A DNA stretch of 20,540 nt from Promethearchaeota archaeon (GTDB lineage Archaea > Asgardarchaeota > Heimdallarchaeia > Hodarchaeales > Hodarchaeaceae). The notes under the pieces were generated by a model that did no database searches, was not told where the DNA came from, and saw only the letters and a list, made by a program, of their open reading frames with translations. Below, piece after piece: positions 15,498 to 20,540 of this stretch (position 1 is its first letter; each line of letters begins with the position of its first letter). The DNA is taken from positions 1 to 20,540 of the forward strand of contig JBHLPG010000050.1 of NCBI GenBank assembly GCA_048939725.1. The letters run 5' to 3'. Position numbers and translations under genes: made by a program.

Positions 15498-16151
15498 TTG
15501 ATACTCATCCCAATTAAGGATTTTTCAGAAACCAAATCACGAATTAAAGCGGTAATACCAGCTGAATATTCGACTTTTATAGATCGTTTGGTAGAATTAA
15601 CATTTTTTCGAACAATTGAAATCGTAAAATCTTTTTCATGTCCTTTTGGTGTTATTTCACCTTCAACTTCTGTCATAAACAAAAGCAAGAAAATAGGAGC
15701 TACATTCACTTACCGTGACACAGGTATCGATCTGAATATGGCATTAACAGAGGCTGTTCAAGAATTACCCCTAGACCAAACGATTTTAATTATTTTACCA
15801 GATTTACCATTTATTTCGGAAGATTTTTTCCACAAATTACTAAATGAAGCTAGTCAATACGACATGTTGATAGTCCCATCAATCTCAAGTGATAAAAACT
15901 TGGGAACAGCAGCGTTGTATCTAAAAAATCGAACGATGGTATCATTTCAATTTGGGAGGAACAGTAGTGAACGATATCAGTTAGAAGCGAAAAAAAATAA
16001 CCTTAAAGTTCGTTTATTAACTTTTGATCCATTTGCTAGAGATTTAGATACATTAAATGATGTTAAATATTTAAAACAACATTTGAAGGCGATCATTAAA
16101 CCTGAACCTTTCAGGAAGGTATTAGAACAATTGGATATTATTGCTCTTTAG
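15498..16151 (+). CDS. cofC: 2-phospho-L-lactate (or PEP) guanylyltransferase CofC
   Basis: MILIPIKDFSETKSRI N-terminus, ILIILPDLPFIS, MLIVPS...GTAALYL, DLDTLNDV. TTG 15498 is the only plausible start after in-frame TGA 15456-15458. Confidence 0.8.
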   Translation: MILIPIKDFSETKSRIKAVIPAEYSTFIDRLVELTFFRTIEIVKSFSCPFGVISPSTSVINKSKKIGATFTYRDTGIDLNMALTEAVQELPLDQTILIILPDLPFISEDFFHKLLNEASQYDMLIVPSISSDKNLGTAALYLKNRTMVSFQFGRNSSERYQLEAKKNNLKVRLLTFDPFARDLDTLNDVKYLKQHLKAIIKPEPFRKVLEQLDIIAL

Positions 16152-16206
16152 TAAGAAGAGGCTATTTTTGACCAATAATACTTATATAATAACACCTACC
16201 CAAAAA

Positions 16207-17340
16207 ATGACAAAAAATCACGCTGTAGAATTCTTAAATCAAAACAGGTTAGATGTAGTTGATACATGGAGGAAATCAGCTCAATCTATTACAGACCGAG
16301 TTTATCAACGGCGAATTACATTCACAACCAATGTTTTTCTACCTTTAACCTTTCTTTGTAGAAATGCGTGTCATTATTGCGGATTTCGTCAATCTAAAGT
16401 GCCTAAAGGTCAGGAATATTTAAAACCAGAGAAAATAGAAACGATTCTTGCTAGAGCAAAACGATTACGGGTATCTGAAGTCTTAATCACAATGGGAGAC
16501 AAGCCTGAGCAAAAATATCCAAATGCAAAAAAATGGTTACAAACGCATGGTTTTGACTCTACGATAGATTACACGCATTTTATTGCAAAAAAAGCATTAA
16601 AATATGAACTTTTACCCCATATTAATGCGGGTACATTAACTATTGACGATCTAACTCGCCTACGTGAAGTATCTGCGAGTATAGGATTAATGCTTGAAAC
16701 TACAAGTCTAAGACTAACACAAAACGGATTCCCCCACGATCAATCACCTGATAAAACTCCAGAGAAACGAAAGCGGACTATTGCTCTCGCAGGACAATTG
16801 AAAATTCCCTTTACAACTGGAATTCTAGTAGGAATAGGAGAAACTCTAGAAGAGATAGTAGATAGTCTTTTTACTTTAAAATGTCTTTATCAGGAATATC
16901 AACATCTCCAAGAAGTCATAATTCAAAACTTTCAACCTCAGAAAGATACTCGAATGGCAAATTCCGCCCCTCCTTCAGTTGAACTGATAGAGAAAATTTT
17001 AATTGTAGCCCGTCACATCCTTCCTGCAGAAATCTCAATTCAAATTCCACCAAATCTTATTAAGGGGTACGAAAAGCGATTCCTACGAGCAGGGATGTCT
17101 GATTGGGGAGGAATATCCTCAATTTCATCAGATTATATAAATCCAGATCATACCTGGCCCTTGCAGTCGGAATTAAATCAAATAACTGAGGAAGCAGGGT
17201 ATTCCCTACAAGAAAGACTCCCAGTCTACCCTCGTTACATTAATGTAGATTGGTTATCAGTGCAAATTTACCAGTTAATTAAGCAAAAAAAGCTGAAAAC
17301 AAGGATGGTTATCGAAAACGGTGCATCAGGCGGATTTTGA
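16207..17340 (+). CDS. cofG: FO synthase subunit 1 CofG (radical SAM)
   Basis: CRNACHYCGF radical-SAM cluster motif with CofG-like context (TFTTNVFLPLT, ITMGDKPE, GILVGIGET). I prefer ATG 16207. The tracked TTG 16141 would add 22 aa and overlap cofC. Confidence 0.85.
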   Translation: MTKNHAVEFLNQNRLDVVDTWRKSAQSITDRVYQRRITFTTNVFLPLTFLCRNACHYCGFRQSKVPKGQEYLKPEKIETILARAKRLRVSEVLITMGDKPEQKYPNAKKWLQTHGFDSTIDYTHFIAKKALKYELLPHINAGTLTIDDLTRLREVSASIGLMLETTSLRLTQNGFPHDQSPDKTPEKRKRTIALAGQLKIPFTTGILVGIGETLEEIVDSLFTLKCLYQEYQHLQEVIIQNFQPQKDTRMANSAPPSVELIEKILIVARHILPAEISIQIPPNLIKGYEKRFLRAGMSDWGGISSISSDYINPDHTWPLQSELNQITEEAGYSLQERLPVYPRYINVDWLSVQIYQLIKQKKLKTRMVIENGASGGF

Positions 17341-18460
17341 GGAAATTAATCTTCGAATAGCCAAGAAAGAGATTCAATGTATCCTTAGAAGAGCATTGGA
17401 TGAACAGGGGCCAACAGTTGAAGAATTATCTGTTTTATTTTCAGCACAGGGGCGCGAAATTTATCTATTGGCTCAAGTAGCTGACATCATTAGGGAACGT
17501 CAGGTTGGATCGGTTATCACTTATGTAGTAAATCGCAATATTAACTTTACAAATGTCTGTACCAACAATTGTCTCTTCTGTGCTTATTCAGTTCCACCTG
17601 ATTCAATTACAGGGTATATAGATATTTCAATTGACACTTTACGGGAAAAAATCGAAGAAACACTCCCCTATCACATTACTGAAGTCTGTGTTCAAGGGGG
17701 AATCCATCCAGAAATAACATTTGAAACCTATATCGAAATTCTTCAAAATCTCAAAGAGATTGATTCAAATCTTCACATCCATGCTTTTTCTCCTCAAGAG
17801 ATTACTCATGCAGCTAATTCTATAGGGGAAGATGTTGAAGAGGTTTTGAGGGAATTTAAACGAAAAGGCTTAGATTCTATACCAGGTACAGCTGCTGAGA
17901 TCCTTGATGACAAAATTCGGAGAATTATTTGCCCTCAAAAGATCAATAGCTCGAACTGGATTAATATTATCGAATTAAGTCATCAATTGGGGATTCCAAC
18001 AACAGCAACAATTCTATTTGGACATATTGAGAATTCCAATCACTGGATACATCACCTCACATTATTACAGAAGATACAAGAGAAGACAAAAGGCTTCACA
18101 GAATTTATTCCGCTCCCATTTATTGCCGAAAATACTCAATTGAAGTCAAAATTTTCCTCCCAAATCAATGAACTAACTGGTTTGGATTATATGAAGTTTT
18201 ATGCTATTTCTCGGTTGTATTTAGGAGACAGTTTCAAGAATATTCAAACATCTTGGGTGAAGCTAGGTTTTCCACTGGCTCAAATTACATTAACAACTGG
18301 ATGTAATGATTTTGGCGGAACTTTATTTGAGGAAAATATCACTCGATCAGCTGGAGGGCGATTCGGGCAACTAACTACCCCCGAAAAATTTCAGTCGTAT
18401 ATTCTGCAGCTAGAAAGAACCGCGTGTGAGCGAGGGACATTGTACAACCTCTTGTGTTAA
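17321..18460 (+). CDS. cofH: FO synthase subunit 2 CofH (radical SAM)
   Basis: CTNNCLFCAY motif, VCVQGGIHPE, TATILFGHIE, EFIPLPF. GTG start overlaps cofG by 20 nt. Confidence 0.9.
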   Translation: MHQADFEEINLRIAKKEIQCILRRALDEQGPTVEELSVLFSAQGREIYLLAQVADIIRERQVGSVITYVVNRNINFTNVCTNNCLFCAYSVPPDSITGYIDISIDTLREKIEETLPYHITEVCVQGGIHPEITFETYIEILQNLKEIDSNLHIHAFSPQEITHAANSIGEDVEEVLREFKRKGLDSIPGTAAEILDDKIRRIICPQKINSSNWINIIELSHQLGIPTTATILFGHIENSNHWIHHLTLLQKIQEKTKGFTEFIPLPFIAENTQLKSKFSSQINELTGLDYMKFYAISRLYLGDSFKNIQTSWVKLGFPLAQITLTTGCNDFGGTLFEENITRSAGGRFGQLTTPEKFQSYILQLERTACERGTLYNLLC

Positions 18461-18618
18461 TAAAGCTTTAAATTAGGATAATTAAACTCTTTAAGCAAGA
18501 ATTGAAAGTTAGAAAACGAAATCATAAAGTTACTAATCACATTTAGTTCAAAGAAAGATCTAAATACTGTATATAGACCATACTCCCATAAAAACACGAA
18601 ATAATAACATATCATTTA

Positions 18619-18647
18619 TTATAAAGCTTATAAAGTTCTTATAAAAG
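18619..18647 (+). promoter_or_regulatory. Three tandem TATA-like TTATAAAG boxes upstream of the response-regulator gene
   Basis: ttataaag at 18619-18626 and 18628-18635, ttataaaag at 18639-18647, plus cctataatta at 18651-18660. The ATG is at 18699. Confidence 0.3.
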
Positions 18648-18698
18648 CAACCTATAATTATCAGTGGCTTCGAGATTCCCATTAAATAAGGTCTGACA

Positions 18699-19070
18699 AT
18701 GCCTGAGGAGAAGAAAAGGATCTTAATTGTTGATGATGAGGAAGATACCCTCGAAATGCTTAGTACAATCTTAGAACATGAAGATTATGAAACTTGGAGA
18801 GCAACAAACGGGAAAGAAGCATTAGAATTAGCAAAAAAGAATCCTGATCTCATACTTTTAGATATAAGAATGCCAGGAGTCTCTGGACTTGAAGTATGCC
18901 GTCGGTTGAAACAAGATGATGAGTTTAAGCACATTCCGATTATTATTTTCTCTGCTAAAGTATTAAGTCATGATATAGAGCTCGGATTAAACGCGGGAGC
19001 CAATGAATATCTCACAAAGCCATTTAGCACAAAAGAACTTACTCAGTTAATTAAAAAATACATTTCTTGA
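18699..19070 (+). CDS. Single-domain response regulator (CheY-like receiver only)
   Basis: DDEED acidic pocket, LILLDIRMPG phospho-acceptor Asp, IIFSAK, EYLTKPF. 123 aa with no output domain. Confidence 0.9.
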   Translation: MPEEKKRILIVDDEEDTLEMLSTILEHEDYETWRATNGKEALELAKKNPDLILLDIRMPGVSGLEVCRRLKQDDEFKHIPIIIFSAKVLSHDIELGLNAGANEYLTKPFSTKELTQLIKKYIS

Positions 19071-19174
19071 AATACCCCGACAAATCATTGATAAGTTTTC
19101 AATTAAATAAGTTGATAACTTAATTAAATCTCTTGTAAAATTAGAATGTATTCTCTAGGATTGAGGCGAAATTA

Positions 19175-20227
19175 GTGGTTCTTGTTGTTATCCTTGCAGG
19201 AGGAGGAGGTGAACGTTTGTGGCCAATATCCCGCAAAAATCAACCCAAACAATTCATTTCTCTCGATGGAAAACAGTCTTTAATACAGCGAACATTTGAA
19301 ATTGCTAGTGAAATAGCAGGAGAAGAAAGCATTGTTGTATCTACTAGAAATGAATTAACATCAATTATTCAAGAACAATTACCCAAGGCTCGAATGGTTG
19401 TAGAGCCAATAGGTCGAGATTCAGCTGCTGGAATGGGATTTGTGTGTGCTCACCTTCTTCACAAGAATAAAGATGAAGTTACATTATTTATGGGAGCAGA
19501 TTATCATATTCCAGATTTAAGACACTTCAAAGAGGTTTTAGCCATAGCAATTAAAATGGCAGAAAAAGGTAGGATTTCGACAATTGGAATAAAACCTAGT
19601 CGTGTTGAGACTCGCTTTGGGTATATTAGTCCCGGAAAGATGATTAACGAATCTCCTATTCCTGTATTTGAAGTTGAGAGTTTCAAGGAAAAACCAGATG
19701 AGATTAAAGCACAAGAATATATTGACAGTGGATATCTATGGAATTCGGGGATGTTTATTGTCAAACCATCAATTTTATATCAAAAGATACGTCAATATTT
19801 GCCCACATTATATCAAGCTCTTGAGCGAATAAAAGAAGCAGATTTTGAAGAAACTGAAGCTTATAATGCTTTCAAACCTCTTCCTAAGGTTTCCATTGAT
19901 TACGGAATAATGGAAAAGACATCTGATTTAGTGGTAATTAAGGGAGAATTTCATTGGGATGATATTGGAACCTGGGATTCCTTAGATCGCATATTAAAAA
20001 CAGATTCTAATGGAAATATAATACAAGGAGATTTTTTGGGTCTAGAAGTACAAAATAATGTTGTTTTTGGAGAAAAACCAGTTATAATGCTGGGTATTTC
20101 CAACATAGTCCTAATTGATACACAGGATTGTGTGTTTGTTTGTCATCGCAACAGAGCACGTGAGATTAAACGCATAACGGAGAAACTCACAAAAGATCCA
20201 AATTTAAGGCATTTATTAGCCTATTAA
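19175..20227 (+). CDS. Mannose-1-phosphate guanylyltransferase-like sugar nucleotidyltransferase
   Basis: VVILAGGGGERLWPISRKNQPKQF (GxGxRLxPxS motif), FGYI, GYLWNSGMF, DIGTWDSL. 350 aa with no cupin/PMI tail evident. GTG 19175 is the first start after TAG 19142-19144, with GAGG upstream. Confidence 0.8.
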   Translation: MVLVVILAGGGGERLWPISRKNQPKQFISLDGKQSLIQRTFEIASEIAGEESIVVSTRNELTSIIQEQLPKARMVVEPIGRDSAAGMGFVCAHLLHKNKDEVTLFMGADYHIPDLRHFKEVLAIAIKMAEKGRISTIGIKPSRVETRFGYISPGKMINESPIPVFEVESFKEKPDEIKAQEYIDSGYLWNSGMFIVKPSILYQKIRQYLPTLYQALERIKEADFEETEAYNAFKPLPKVSIDYGIMEKTSDLVVIKGEFHWDDIGTWDSLDRILKTDSNGNIIQGDFLGLEVQNNVVFGEKPVIMLGISNIVLIDTQDCVFVCHRNRAREIKRITEKLTKDPNLRHLLAY

Positions 20228-20258
20228 TTAGCTCAAAACGATAATTTCATAATAAATT

Positions 20259-20540
20259 ATGGTCATTTCAATGGAAAAGTCAAAACAGGACACTTTAGCC
20301 CAAATTTTAAGTTTTCGTTCATTTGTTTTTGCGATAATACTAGCTATATTCGTTTATCTTCTGATCATGATATTAAGTGATTGGGAAGAGCTGATAATAC
20401 AAATCATCCGTATTGACCCAGTTATAGTCATACTAGCTACGTTTTTGAGTCTAGGAAATTATTTCTGTCGATTTTTTAAATGGCTTCTATTCACACAAAG
20501 CCTAGAACTTGATATCCCATTGATAGAAAATTTTTTGATT
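20259..20540 (+). CDS. UPF0104 / flippase-like membrane protein, N-terminal 94 codons (runs off the right edge)
   Basis: Hand translation MVISMEKSKQDTLAQILSFRSFVFAIILAIFVYLLIMILSDWEEL...LGNYFCRFFKWLLFTQSLELDIPLIENFLI. The R-F-F-K-W region matches the family R-x-x-R-W motif. No stop before the window end. Confidence 0.55.
   Translation, partial: MVISMEKSKQDTLAQILSFRSFVFAIILAIFVYLLIMILSDWEELIIQIIRIDPVIVILATFLSLGNYFCRFFKWLLFTQSLELDIPLIENFLI

Noticed and set aside
15118-15709. Tracked minus-strand ORFs of 70 aa and 103 aa
   Set aside because: They are antisense to the DUS-like gene and to the cofC 5' end. The cofC reading is supported by the conserved MILIPIK N-terminus.
19504-19764. Tracked 86-aa minus-strand ORF
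   Set aside because: It is a shadow ORF inside the nucleotidyltransferase gene.
1-20540. CRISPR arrays, tRNA or rRNA genes, long tandem repeats
   Set aside because: Scanning by eye found no regularly spaced repeats of 25-40 nt and no cloverleaf-like GC-rich segments in the spacers. Sensitivity by eye is limited, so tRNAscan and a CRISPR finder should confirm this.

Overview
This AT-rich window reads as archaeal chromosome. It carries an archaeo-eukaryotic primase pair (priL/priS, overlapping at GTGA), split FO-synthase genes cofG/cofH, TATA-like AT-rich spacers, and Shine-Dalgarno-like GAGGT/AGGTGAT motifs. I call about 22 coding genes and 3 decayed genes. Left to right: (1) a partial GT-C-like membrane glycosyltransferase; (2) a 50-aa AbrB/SpoVT ORF absent from the ORF track; (3) a free-standing double-motif LAGLIDADG protein with HTH/wHTH ends, abutting a displaced 5' fragment of a glycosyltransferase paralog that carries a nonsense codon; (4) a UPF0104 flippase-like protein; (5) a SAM methyltransferase; (6) priL-priS; (7) a 400-bp noncoding gap with long-range inverted repeats; (8) an hxlR-VOC-dinB operon; (9) a relic methyltransferase 3' end; (10) a Ser-rich, sequon-rich surface protein ending in a TM helix plus RRRKSR; (11) a second methyltransferase; (12) lplA; (13) a TnpB-only IS remnant with an in-frame TGA, an A-tract frameshift and a hairpin-rich 3' region; (14) an F420 cluster cofD-X-cofC-cofG-cofH, where X is a DUS/NifR3-like FMN TIM-barrel protein; (15) a receiver-only response regulator; (16) a mannose-1-P guanylyltransferase; (17) a second, partial UPF0104 gene. 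The most interesting points are X as a candidate for the unassigned enoyl-reduction step of archaeal F420 synthesis, and two separate cases where a diverged gene-end fragment is displaced by a ~1.7-kb insert. I saw no CRISPR array, rRNA or tRNA. All functional calls come from motif recognition by eye; no searches were run.
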